Below are positions 21,166 to 32,857 of a stretch of DNA of 64,000 bases, in pieces. Source of the DNA: an uncultured Gemmatimonadales bacterium (lineage in GTDB: Bacteria > Gemmatimonadota > Gemmatimonadetes > Gemmatimonadales > GWC2-71-9); NCBI GenBank assembly GCA_963739455.1, contig CAVUAK010000001.1, positions 1,248,001 through 1,312,000 on the forward strand, given 5' to 3'. The position numbers were made by a program, and so were the translations under genes. How positions within the stretch are numbered: the first letter of the stretch is position 1; each line of letters opens with the position of its first letter. The notes below the pieces were generated by a model. That model was not told the origin of the DNA, ran no database searches, and worked only from the letters and a program-made list of their open reading frames with translations.

Positions 21166-21603
21166 ATGAGTACGTCATCCGCCCCCGGCTCGAACGCTCC
21201 CGAACGCAACTGGTTGCCCTGGGTAATCGGTATTGCCGTCGTGTTGCTCCTGGCCTGGTGGATGCGAGGGTGCGGCAAGATGCCGGAGACGGGGGCAGCG
21301 GCGGACACCACGCAGGCCGTGGACACGGCGCAGGCCATGATGGCGCCGGTACCGGTGGATACGACTCCGGCGCCCGCGCCCGAGCCGGCCATGACGACTC
21401 CCACCCCGGCAGCCAATCCGAGCCCCACTCCACAGGCGACTGCACCGGCGATGGCGCCGGCTGCTGCGCCCAGCGCGAGCACGCCGTCGCGTGCCGACAC
21501 GATCAGGGCCCCGGCCGTGGCACCACCGCCGCCGGCACCAAGGGCAGGTGCGATGGGCGGCCGCGGCGCCCCCGGCAAGAAGCCGCCTCCGACGACCCCG
21601 TAA
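21166..21603 (+). CDS. Single-TM Pro/Ala/Thr-rich hypothetical protein
   Basis: GGAG RBS, NWLPWVIGIAVVLLLAWWMRGC, low-complexity tail. Confidence 0.65.
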   Translation: MSTSSAPGSNAPERNWLPWVIGIAVVLLLAWWMRGCGKMPETGAAADTTQAVDTAQAMMAPVPVDTTPAPAPEPAMTTPTPAANPSPTPQATAPAMAPAAAPSASTPSRADTIRAPAVAPPPPAPRAGAMGGRGAPGKKPPPTTP

Positions 21604-21703
21604 GCGCCGCATCCTGACGGCTCCGCGTCCACGCGACATGCGGGCGCGGAGCGTGTGTGGGAGGCACGGTTGTTCTGGCCTCCTCCTTGCCCCTCCCCGG
21701 GGC

Positions 21704-23130
21704 ATGACCACCAATCTCAATGACTTGGCCCCTCCGGCCTGGGCAGTAGCGGGCATTCTGCCAGAGCAGGGTGTCCGACTCTCCGAAGTGGTTTCCGCCC
21801 TCTCATACGCGCTGGATATCACCGAGGGCCAGCGAGAGGGACACGCGGTCCGGAGCTGCGTCATCGGCATGCGGATCGGGCAGATACTCGGCCTGGGTGA
21901 CGCCGAGCGGTCGGACCTCTTCTATGCCCTGCTGCTCAAGGATCTTGGCTGCTCCAGCAACGCCGCCCGTCTCTGCAATCTCTTCGGCGCCGACGACTTC
22001 CGTCTCAAGCAAGCGCACAAGCTGAACGACTGGACCAGCCCGAAGGCGTCGGCGTCATACGCGATGTCGCATGTGCCGGGCGGGAGTGCCATCGCGCGAG
22101 CGTGGCAGGTGCTCGTGATTGGCTGTGAAGGGGCGGGGCAGCGGACGTGAGATGATCGAGACACGCTGTGAGCGCGGCGCCGACATCGCGCGGATGCTCG
22201 ACCTCTCCAACGCCACGGCCGCGGCGATCCGGAACCTGGATGAGCACTGGGATGGCCAGGGCATGCCGATGGGCGTCTCGGGCGACGGGATCCCGCTGCT
22301 CGCGCGGATCTGCTGCCTGGCGCAGACGGTGGAGGTGTTCCTTGCTGCGCATGGCCAGCCGGCAGCCTACGAGATGGCGCGTTCACGAAGCGGCACCTGG
22401 TTCGATCCGGCGCTGGTGAATGCGATGGAGAGCTTCGAGTTTGACGCCGCCTTCTGGGCGAGCATCCGGCAGGAGGATGTGCGTCCACTGGTGGCAGCGC
22501 TGGAGCCGAAGGACCGGATCATCGTGGCCGACGCGAGCCGCATCGACCAGGTGGCCGAGGCATTTGCGCGGGTCATCGATGCCAAGTCACCGTATACCGG
22601 GCAGCATTCCGGTGGCGTGGCACGGATCGCGATCGGGATGGCAGCACACGTCGGGCTGCCGCGCGAGGAGCGGACGCTGCTGCGCCGCGCCGCACTGCTG
22701 CATGACATCGGCAAGCTGGGTGTGTCGAACCTGATCCTCGACAAGCCCGACAAGCTGACGGAAACCGAGATGGCAATGATGCGGCAGCACCCGCGCTACA
22801 CAGACGCGATCCTCGGACGGGTGCGCGCGTTCCGCGACGTGGCGTCAGTCGCTGCGCGGCACCATGAACGGCTGGATGGGACAGGGATATCACAGCGGCC
22901 TGCCGGGAGAGAAGCTGGGACGACTGGACCGGATGCTGGCGGTGGCGGATGTCTGCGAGGCACTCTCGGCGACGCGGCCGTACCGCGCGGCGCTGCCGCC
23001 CGAGGAAGTGCGAAAGATCATTCGGAGCCAGGCGGGCACGGGGCTGTGTGCGGAGGCGGTGGAGATGCTGGAGGGGGTCGGGATTCGGCACGACGTGCGG
23101 AGTCATGTTTCGGCGCCCTCACCCGGCTGA
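21704..23130 (+). CDS. Tandem HD / HD-GYP metal-dependent phosphohydrolase (indels near 22125 and 22890)
   Basis: SALSYALD...GHAVRSC, LLKDLGC, EHWDG, DAKSPYT, LLHDIGK, HHERLDG. Confidence 0.85.
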
Positions 23131-23131
23131 C

Positions 23132-24122
23132 CTACCGCCATCCCCGCAGCTGCCTCACGTACTCGTGCAGCGCCAGGAACTTCTCGTACACCACCACGCC
23201 CTTCCGCTTCCGCCCCAGCTCACTGAACAGGTCGCGTAACCGGCCGAACCGGGTGACGTAGAATCGGAACGTCTCCGCGAAGTCTTCCTGCGGATGCTGC
23301 ATCGCGTACGCCGAGACATGATCCACCGGCGCGGTGGCCACCTTCCGGCGCTGGAAGTCGACCCAGGACTCGTCCTTCACCCGATAGGCCTTGTCCACCT
23401 CACCGAAGACGCGGCGGAAGGAATCGGACCGGGTCCATCGCCAGTGATGATAGAGAAAGCTGTGGCCGAGCTCGTGGACGATGAGTCCGGTGAGCATGGT
23501 CCACGGGATCTCGTCCTGGCGGCGACCGGTGGCGTAGCGCTGCTCGATCTCCACCACCTTGGGATACTTGGGATCGACGCCCGACACACCGGGCCGGAGC
23601 AGCACGCGATAGCCCCACGGCTTGATGCGCGACACGAGCGAGCAGTCGTCGCGACCGGGTGAGCGCACGCTGGATGAGGTCCTGCCCGGTGGCATCGTTG
23701 CCGCACCAGGGACACCAGACCATCCAGTCGTCCACGCCGCGGGTGCAGTGGGGACAGTTGCCCTCGAACTTGGTGTCCTCGTTCCATCCCTGGGGCTTGC
23801 CGCACCAGGGGCAGTGCTCCATCGGGTAGCTGACGCGTCCGCCACAGCCCCAGTCACAGCGCGTGTCGAGGCGGAACCCCCTGGGGTTCTTGAGCGGCTC
23901 CTCGGCGGAGACGCCCTCCTCGTAGATGTCGGTGCCGCACCAGGGGCACCAGGAGAAATGGTCGGAGACCATCCATCCGCAGTTGTAGCACTCGGCGCCG
24001 GTGATTCGCTGTGAGTCGGGCCAGCGGAGGGAGCGATCGCAGGTGGAGCAGTAGTTCCAGTATTGCTTGACCGCGTGACCGACGGGACAGCGAGCTTCCG
24101 GGCTGGGAGACCGGCTAGGCAT
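23132..24122 (-). CDS. Multi-zinc-ribbon + zincin metallopeptidase (Peptidase_Mx/DUF2248-like; indel near 23635)
   Basis: Eight Cys/His knuckles including three CPWCG; HELGH and SAYAMQHPQEDFAETF in the downstream frame. Confidence 0.75.
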
Positions 24123-25170
24123 GCGTATGACCGTGTCGTTCGAGTGCCGTCTCCACCAGCCGCTGGATCAGCGCGGTGTAGGAGAGCCCACTCTTCGCGG
24201 CCGACTCGGCGAAGTCGTGACCATTGCTGATGTAGGGATTGGCGTTGGCCTCGAGCAGCCACACCTGGCCATCGGCCGCGAGCCGCACGTCGCAGCGGGC
24301 GTAGTCGCGGAGCCAGAGGATGCGGAAGGCGGTGCGACAGATGTGCTCGATGGTCTCGCGGGTCTGCGCCGCGACCGGACGGGCGAACTGGTTCCGGATG
24401 CCACGACGGGTGCGGTAGCCCTCGTGCCACTTGGCGGCCTTGGTCGCGATCCGCTCCTCGGGCAGGTTCTTCTCCTTGTCGAACACCAGCTCGGTGAGCG
24501 GCAGGATCTCGAGCTTGTCCCGGTTGCCGATGATGCTCACGTAGAGCTCGCGGCCCTCCACGAACTCCTCGGCGATGGCGGGCTGCTGGAACTGCTGGTG
24601 CACGAACGCCACCCGCTCGGCGAGCGCTTCGGCGTCATGGACCACGGACGCCTGCGAGATCCCCTGCGAGGCGTCCGTCTCCATCGGCTTCACGATCATC
24701 GGGAAGGTGAGGTCGCCGGTATGGGGCGGCGCCTCGCCGGGATAGCAGGTGATGAAGCCGGGCACCTTGATGCCATGGTGGGCCAGGACCTTCTTGCTCA
24801 GGCCCTTGTTGCGCGACACCATGAGGCCGAGCGGCGGCGAGCCGACGTAGCAGACGCCGAGCGCCTCGAGCATGGAGGGGACGACATACTCGAGGTTGTC
24901 GTCACCACCGAAGCCCTCGCAGCAGTTGAAGACGAGCTCCGGCTTCCACTCGGTGATGCGGCGGATGAGCTCGCCGAGATCGCCGCGGAGGCCGATGAGA
25001 TGGATGTCGTGCCCGTTCTCGCGGAGTGCGTGCGCGACCTGGTACTCCATCTCGGGTTCGGGGACATTGATGCGCCCCGCGAACTCGTCGTCCATCTGCT
25101 TGACGTGCTCGTCGTGTCCCCATCCGGCAGGATAGGGCGTGTCGAAGACGATGGCGATGCGGAGTGGCAT
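24115..25170 (-). CDS. D-Ala-D-Ala ligase-like ATP-grasp enzyme (non-canonical)
   Basis: VFNCCEG, FPMIVKP, SQGI, EEFVEGRE, DYARCDVR, LEANANP. Confidence 0.85.
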   Translation of the reverse strand: MPLRIAIVFDTPYPAGWGHDEHVKQMDDEFAGRINVPEPEMEYQVAHALRENGHDIHLIGLRGDLGELIRRITEWKPELVFNCCEGFGGDDNLEYVVPSMLEALGVCYVGSPPLGLMVSRNKGLSKKVLAHHGIKVPGFITCYPGEAPPHTGDLTFPMIVKPMETDASQGISQASVVHDAEALAERVAFVHQQFQQPAIAEEFVEGRELYVSIIGNRDKLEILPLTELVFDKEKNLPEERIATKAAKWHEGYRTRRGIRNQFARPVAAQTRETIEHICRTAFRILWLRDYARCDVRLAADGQVWLLEANANPYISNGHDFAESAAKSGLSYTALIQRLVETALERHGHTHA

Positions 25171-25309
25171 TGAGTGGAGAATAGCGAGGGAACGGGAACA
25201 GCAACAGCGGGGAAGAGGGAAGTGGGAGGAGGAACAGGGAAGAGGCAAGAGGAGCAGGCGCGCTCGGCGCGCAGAGTGCTTAGCATTATGCTACCTAAAC
25301 ACTGGTGCC

Positions 25310-27005
25310 ATGAATCTCTCCCGACGTGACGACTACGATGTCTGCATCATCGGTTCCGGCGCAGGCGGTGGTATGGCGGCGTATGCCCTGACCAAGGCGG
25401 GTGCCCGCGTCGTGGTGCTGGAGGCGGGCGGTCCCTGGGACAACATGTCGAGCGACAGTGCCATGCTGAGGTGGCCCTACGACTCCCAGCGACGCGGCGC
25501 CGCGACGAAGGAGCGGCCGTTCGGGGAGTTCGACGCCTGCATCGGCGGCTGGGAGATCGCCGGCGAACCGTACTCGCGCGCCGAGGGGACGAAGTTCAGC
25601 TGGTGGCGGGCCCGGATGGTGGGGGGGCGTACCAACCACTGGGGCCGCATCTCCCTTCGGTTCGGGCCCGACGACTTCCGGCGCGGTGAACTGGACGGCT
25701 TGTCACCCAACTGGCCGATCGGCTATTCCGACATCAGTCCCTACTACGACCAGCTCGATCGCCTGGTGGGCCTCTTCGGCAGCAACGAGGGAGTGCCCAA
25801 CTCGCCGGACGGGATCTTCATGCCTCCGCCGCGGCCGCGGGCGTACGAGCTGCTGGTGATGAACGCGGCGAAGAAGCAGAACGTCACCTGCATTCCCGGA
25901 CGCCTGTCGGTGATCACCAAGCCGCTCAATGGCCGCTCGGCGTGTCACTACTGTGGGCAGTGCAACCGCGGCTGCGAAGTCAACGCAAATTTCTCCAGCA
26001 CCAATGTGCTGCTGGCGCCGGCAATGCAGACAGGGAAGCTGACGCTGGTGACGCATGCGATGGCGCGCGAGGTGACACTCGATGCGCAAGGCCGGGCGAA
26101 CGGTGTCAACTATGTCGATACGCTCGACCGGCGGCGACAAGAATGTTCGCGCGCGCGTGGTGGTGCTGGCGGCGAGTGCGCTGGAGTCGGCCCGGCTGCT
26201 GCTGAACTCGAAGTCATCGAAGTTTCCCAACGGCCTGGCGAACTCGAGCGGGCAGGTGGGGAAGGATCTCACCGACACGACGGGGACGGATGTCGCGGGG
26301 TTCATCCCGAGGCTGGTGGGCCGGACGATCTACAACGAGGACGGCGCCGGCGGCGGTCACGTCTACATGCCATGGTGGCTGGACAACTCGAAGCTGGATT
26401 TCCCCCGGGGATACCATATCGAGGTGTGGGGCGGACTGGACCAGCCGAGTGCCGGGTTCATGGGCGGTATCCAGAGGTATCCGAGTGGCGGCGGCTGGGG
26501 AGCAAAGCTGAAGAACGACTATCGGCGCTACTACGGGACGACGGTGGGGTTCTCGGGACGGGGCGAGATGATCCCGAACGCGGGGACATACTGCGAGATC
26601 GACCCGACGCTCAAGGACAAGTACGGGATCCCGGCGCTCAACTTCCACTGGAAGTTCACCGACTACGAGTACAACCAGGTGCGTCACATGCAGCAGACGT
26701 TCCGTGGGCCTATCGAGGCGATGGGAGGCGAGGTGTTCGACTCGATGCCGACGGCGCAGGAAGGCTATGGCATCGCGGATGGCGGGACGATCATCCACGA
26801 ACTCGGCGGCACCAAGATGGGTGCAAATCCCGCGACGTCGGTGCTGAACACGAACTGCCAGGCGCACGATGTGCCGAACCTGTTCGTGGCCGATGGGGGA
26901 CCGTTCGTGTCGCAGGCGGACAAGAACCCGACGTGGACGATCATGGCACTGAGTTGGCGGACAGCCGATTACATCGCGGCTCAACGTCGCGCGGGGGCCT
27001 TGTGA
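25310..27005 (+). CDS. GMC-family FAD oxidoreductase, glycoside 3-dehydrogenase type (indel near 26130)
   Basis: IGSGAGGG, VGGRTNHWGR, CHYCGQCNRGC, HELGG, KNPTWTIMAL. Confidence 0.9.
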
Positions 27006-27006
27006 C

Positions 27007-27128
27007 GGGCCGGTCGGGCGGGGCGCCCCTCTCGGGGAAAGGGGAACGCACGCCGGAGTTCCCCGTCGATTGCGTCCACGGGTGCGTTCCACGATCCCCT
27101 TCGAGGGGCGCCCCATCCCTCCCGGCCC
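27007..27128. repeat. Long imperfect hairpin element, distant relative of the 29012 and 30342 elements
   Basis: Nested stems GGGCCGG/CCGGCCC, GGGGCGCCCCTC/GAGGGGCGCCCC, GGAACGCAC/GTGCGTTCC. Confidence 0.7.
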
Positions 27129-27152
27129 ATTTCACCTTCAATCCGCAATCAC

Positions 27153-27767
27153 ATGACTGACGCTCGGATCGACCGTCGTGAAGCGTTGGCCGGGATCGGC
27201 TTCAGCGCCATGGCCGCGTACGGCATCGGGACGCCAACCTGGCAGCGCTTCCAGCGGCTCCTCGCCGAAGGGGGGATGCGGGCGTTCTTCACGGCCGCCG
27301 AGCTGGCGAAGCTGGGGAGACTGGCAGACCTGATCATCCCGAGCGACGAGCGATCGGGGAGTGCCACCGACTCGGGTGCCCTGGTCTACATGGACTTCGT
27401 GGTGGGCGAGTCGAGCCCGAAGACACAGCAGGCGTGGCGCGATGGGCTCAAGTGGTATGACGACGAGAGCCAGCGACGCTTCCAGAAGATGTTCATCGAG
27501 TGCACAGACGCCCAGCGCGGGGAAATTCTTGATTCCGTGGCATGGCCTGCCAAGACGGACCAGGCCCTGAAGCCACAAGCAGAGTTCTTCAATCGGCTGC
27601 GGGACCTCACGGCGTCGGCATTCTTCTCGAGCAAGATGGGCGTCGCAGACCTGGGCTACGTCGGCAACGTGCCGAACCCGGTCTGGACGGGCGCGCCCAA
27701 GGCGGCGCTCGATGAGCTGGGCGTGAGCTACGCCGAGTGGGACAAGAAATACGGGAACCTCAAGTGA
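27153..27767 (+). CDS. Gluconate 2-dehydrogenase subunit 3 family protein
   Basis: Tat-like DRREAL, LADLIIP..SGSA, FFSSKMG..DLGYVGN. Confidence 0.85.
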   Translation: MTDARIDRREALAGIGFSAMAAYGIGTPTWQRFQRLLAEGGMRAFFTAAELAKLGRLADLIIPSDERSGSATDSGALVYMDFVVGESSPKTQQAWRDGLKWYDDESQRRFQKMFIECTDAQRGEILDSVAWPAKTDQALKPQAEFFNRLRDLTASAFFSSKMGVADLGYVGNVPNPVWTGAPKAALDELGVSYAEWDKKYGNLK

Positions 27768-29008
27768 AGACTCCGAGGAAGCTCGGTATCGGGATCATCG
27801 GCAGCGGGTTCAATGCGCAGTTCCACCTCCGGGCATTCCAGCAGGTGCGCGACTGCGAGGTGCTGGGCGTCTGGAGCCCCAACGCCCGCAATGCTGCATC
27901 GACCGCTCGCATGGCGCGCGACCTCGACCTGGGCGACACGACGGCGCACAAGTCGATCAAGGAGATGGTCGCAAACCCCGACATTCACGCGATCTGGCTC
28001 TGCGGACCGAACCACGCGCGGATCGAGAACGTGGAGGAAATCGTCCACACGCTCGAGCGCGGGAAGGGCGAACTGATCGGGCTGGCCTGTGAGAAACCGC
28101 TGGCACGGAACGTTGCTGAAGCGAAGGAAGTGGCGGCGCTGGCGCGTTCGGTGCGCCTCAAGACGGGGTACCTGGAGAACCAGGTCTTTGCACCGCAGGT
28201 GGAGGCTGGGAAGGCGCTGCTGTGGGCTCGTGGTGCCAAGCTGACCGGAAGGCCGTACCTCGCCCGTGCGGCAGAGGAGCACAGTGGTCCGCACGCGCCG
28301 TGGTTCTGGCGGGGCCGGCTGCAGGGTGGCGGGGTCCTCAACGACATGATGTGCCACTCGGCGCTGATGGTGCGGCACCTGCTCACCGAGCCGGGGCAGC
28401 CGTTGTCGAGCGTGAAGGTGAAGCGGATCACGGGGCATATCGCGTCACTCAAGTGGACGCGGCCGGCCTATGCGAAGCAGCTGGCGAAGGAGATGAAGGG
28501 GACGAACTACCGGAACGCCCCCGCCGAAGACTTCGCGAGCATCAACATCGAGTTCGAGACGGCCGATGGGCACACGGTAATCGGCGAGGCGACGACGAGC
28601 TGGAGCTTTGTCGGCGCGGGGCTCCGGTTGTCGGCGGAACTGCTGGGACCGGAGTACTCGATGTCGTGGAATTCGCTGGATGCGGGGCTCAAGCTGTTCT
28701 TCTCGCGGCGGGTGCGGGGGAAGACGGGCGAGGACCTGGTGGAGAAGCAGAACGCCGAGATGGGGCAGATGCCGGTGGTCGCCGAGGAGTTCGCCGCGTA
28801 CGGATACACGAACGAGGATCGGCATTTTGTGCGGGCATTCCTGGGGAAGGAGAAGGCCAGGCTGACGTTTGCCGACGGCGTCGAGGTGGTGCGGATGCTG
28901 ATGGCGGCGTACCAGAGTGCGGAGCAGGGAAAGACGATCGCGTTTCCGCCCGCGGGGCTGGACAAGTTTGTGCCGAAGGTGGCCAAGGGGACCTGGCGGC
29001 CACGCTGA
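27764..29008 (+). CDS. Gfo/Idh/MocA-family oxidoreductase
   Basis: IIGSGF, CEKPLA, GGGVLNDMMCH; GTG start overlaps the upstream stop. Confidence 0.9.
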   Translation: MKTPRKLGIGIIGSGFNAQFHLRAFQQVRDCEVLGVWSPNARNAASTARMARDLDLGDTTAHKSIKEMVANPDIHAIWLCGPNHARIENVEEIVHTLERGKGELIGLACEKPLARNVAEAKEVAALARSVRLKTGYLENQVFAPQVEAGKALLWARGAKLTGRPYLARAAEEHSGPHAPWFWRGRLQGGGVLNDMMCHSALMVRHLLTEPGQPLSSVKVKRITGHIASLKWTRPAYAKQLAKEMKGTNYRNAPAEDFASINIEFETADGHTVIGEATTSWSFVGAGLRLSAELLGPEYSMSWNSLDAGLKLFFSRRVRGKTGEDLVEKQNAEMGQMPVVAEEFAAYGYTNEDRHFVRAFLGKEKARLTFADGVEVVRMLMAAYQSAEQGKTIAFPPAGLDKFVPKVAKGTWRPR

Positions 29009-29011
29009 TCT

Positions 29012-29132
29012 GGACGGGTCGGGGTGGTCCCCCTCTCGACCACTCGCTGCGGCCTGGAAATACATCCGTACCATGACTCCTCCGTCCGTGCCGCCGCAGA
29101 TAGTGGTCTCGAGGGGATCACCCCGACCGGCC
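29012..29132. repeat. Structured ~120-nt intergenic element, copy A
   Basis: Nested stems; homologous to 30342-30470 with compensatory changes. Confidence 0.8.
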
Positions 29133-30319
29133 TAGGCCGCCTGTTTGACTGCGGGCCTGAACACCACTGCGAATAGCACCAATATCCCTACCGCGAGACC
29201 CGCCGGTACCAGCCAGATCCCGCGCCAGTCGTGACCGCCTCCCGCCAGCACATGGGCGTCCACCACCACACCTGACACCCAGCTGCCGATGAGGTAGCCC
29301 AGGCCCTGCGTCACCAGGGTGATGAAGCCCTGCGCCGCCGCCCGGATCGACTCTCCCGCCTGTGAATCGACGTAGATCTGCCCCGTCACGAAGAAGAAAT
29401 CGTAGCAGACGCCGTGCAGCAGGATTCCGGCGTAGAGCATCCACACCGCCGGCCCGACGTTGCCGAAGGCGAACAGGGTGTAGCGGAGCGCCCAGGCGAG
29501 CATGCCGACGATGAGGATGCGCTTGACCCCGAACCTCGCCAGGAAGAATGGCAGGAGGACCATGAAGCCGATCTCGCTCATCTGGCCCAGGGTCATCTTG
29601 CTGGCGGCCTGGGGCCAACCGGACTCATTCAGGAAGAGGTTGGTGAAGGCGTAGTAGAACTGGAGCGGAATGCAGAGCAGGAACGAGCCAACAACGAACG
29701 CCGCGAAGGAGCGGTCCTTCATGAGGCTCAATGCATCGAGCCCGAGCACGTCGCGGATGCTGAGCGGCTTGCCGGCCGCGTGCGGTGGCGTGTGCGGCAG
29801 GAGGAAGGAGAAGAGCCCCAGTGCCACTGATGCGCCGGCCGCAATGCGCATGGGGACGGCGGTGGCCTCGAGCGCCAGCGCACCGACCACCAGTCCTGCC
29901 ACGATCCAGCCGATGGTGCCGAGCACGCGAATGAGGGGAAACTCCTTCGCGGTGTCCTTGATATGGTCAAACGAGATGGAGTTGGTCAGCGCCAGCGTGG
30001 GCATGTAGCAGAGTGCGTAGGCGATGAGGACCGGGTAGAACGCGCCGAATGTCGTGAGTGTGGATGCGTACCAGAGGAGGGCGCCACCGGCCAGGTGGAG
30101 GATGCCAAGGATCTTCTGGGAGGCGAAGAAGCGATCGGCGACCATGCCAAAGAACAGTGGTGCCACGATGGCGCCGATGGCCATGGAGCCGTACGCTGCA
30201 CCGATCTGGACGCCATCGAAGTGGAGCGTGGTGCCGAGGAAAGTGCCGAGCGTGACGAACCAGGCGCCCCAGATGAAGTACTGGAGGAACATCATGACCG
30301 ACAGGCGAGTTCGGATCAC
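29132..30319 (-). CDS. MFS nucleoside:H+ symporter family permease (NupG/YegT-like)
   Basis: [44 protein letters not shown]. Confidence 0.9.
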   Translation of the reverse strand: MIRTRLSVMMFLQYFIWGAWFVTLGTFLGTTLHFDGVQIGAAYGSMAIGAIVAPLFFGMVADRFFASQKILGILHLAGGALLWYASTLTTFGAFYPVLIAYALCYMPTLALTNSISFDHIKDTAKEFPLIRVLGTIGWIVAGLVVGALALEATAVPMRIAAGASVALGLFSFLLPHTPPHAAGKPLSIRDVLGLDALSLMKDRSFAAFVVGSFLLCIPLQFYYAFTNLFLNESGWPQAASKMTLGQMSEIGFMVLLPFFLARFGVKRILIVGMLAWALRYTLFAFGNVGPAVWMLYAGILLHGVCYDFFFVTGQIYVDSQAGESIRAAAQGFITLVTQGLGYLIGSWVSGVVVDAHVLAGGGHDWRGIWLVPAGLAVGILVLFAVVFRPAVKQAA

Positions 30320-30341
30320 TGGCTGCTCCTAGTGTTGCGCG

Positions 30342-30465
30342 CGTAGCCCGGAATGGTGGTCGCCATCTCGACCACCCGCTGCAGCTTGGAAATACCTCCG
30401 CAATGCCAGGCCCCTCAATCCGTGCCGCTGCAGATGGTGGTCTCGACGGCGACTCACCATTCCGG

Positions 30466-30470
<5 letters not shown>
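30342..30470. repeat. Structured ~125-nt intergenic element, copy B
   Basis: CGTAGCC..GGAATGGTG / CACCATTCCGGCTACG arms; same core as copy A. Confidence 0.8.
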
Positions 30471-32099
<1,629 letters not shown>

Positions 32100-32201
32100 G
32101 ACGGCGGGTAAGGTAATCAGGGCGGATTGGAGTTATGCTATCGGCGGGGCAATGCACCTGCCTCGAAACCGGAGGTTCACGATGGCGCAACCGTCGGACT
32201 A

Positions 32202-32741
32202 CTACTCGCCGAAGAGCGTGCTCAATTCGATTGTCAGCGGTGCAACCGCCGCATCCGGCTGCCAGGTGACGTTGTCGAGCAGTACCTCGGGTCGGCTGTC
32301 GTCCGGGCGCCAGCGCTCGACCAGCCGAGCCTCGGGGTCGACGATCCAGTACTCGTGTACTCCGGCCTTCTGGTATCCCCGGCGCTTGAGGCCGCGATCG
32401 TAGCGCACAGTTGACGGTGACGCGACCTCGATGGCAAGGATCGGGACCGGAGCGTCGCTCCAATCCTGGGCGAAGCGGCCATGTGGCAAGACGAACATGT
32501 CTGGCTGGGCAACCTGCCCGCCTAGCAAGGGGAGGTCAGCCGGCGACAGCAGCACCTTCCCGAGCTTGACGTCGCGGCAATAGTTGCCGACGAGAAGCAA
32601 CAGCCGGAAGAGGACATCCTGGTGGCGGTAGCGAGGTGCCGGGCTCACGATCAGCTCGCCATCGAACAATTCGTGGCGCATACCGTCGTCGGGCAGGGCG
32701 AGCACCTCTTCGCGGGTCCAGCGGCGCAGTGCTTCGGGCAT
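32202..32741 (-). CDS. Uma2-family PD-(D/E)xK endonuclease
   Basis: RHELFDGELIVSPAP, QPD, IEVASPST, YQKAGVHEYWIVDP. Confidence 0.9.
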   Translation of the reverse strand: MPEALRRWTREEVLALPDDGMRHELFDGELIVSPAPRYRHQDVLFRLLLLVGNYCRDVKLGKVLLSPADLPLLGGQVAQPDMFVLPHGRFAQDWSDAPVPILAIEVASPSTVRYDRGLKRRGYQKAGVHEYWIVDPEARLVERWRPDDSRPEVLLDNVTWQPDAAVAPLTIELSTLFGE

Positions 32742-32857
32742 ACCCATATCGTACGCTCGGCCGGGGGAGCGGGACAAGACCTCATACGACAAGGTGGGTA
32801 CAGCGCGAGGATGCACTGTACCCACCGTTACGCCAGAAGTACCGCCGTCACGCCGCG

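Noticed and set aside
24115..25170. Housekeeping ddl
   Set aside because: Lacks the HGxxGEDG motif and cell-wall gene context; no symbol assigned.
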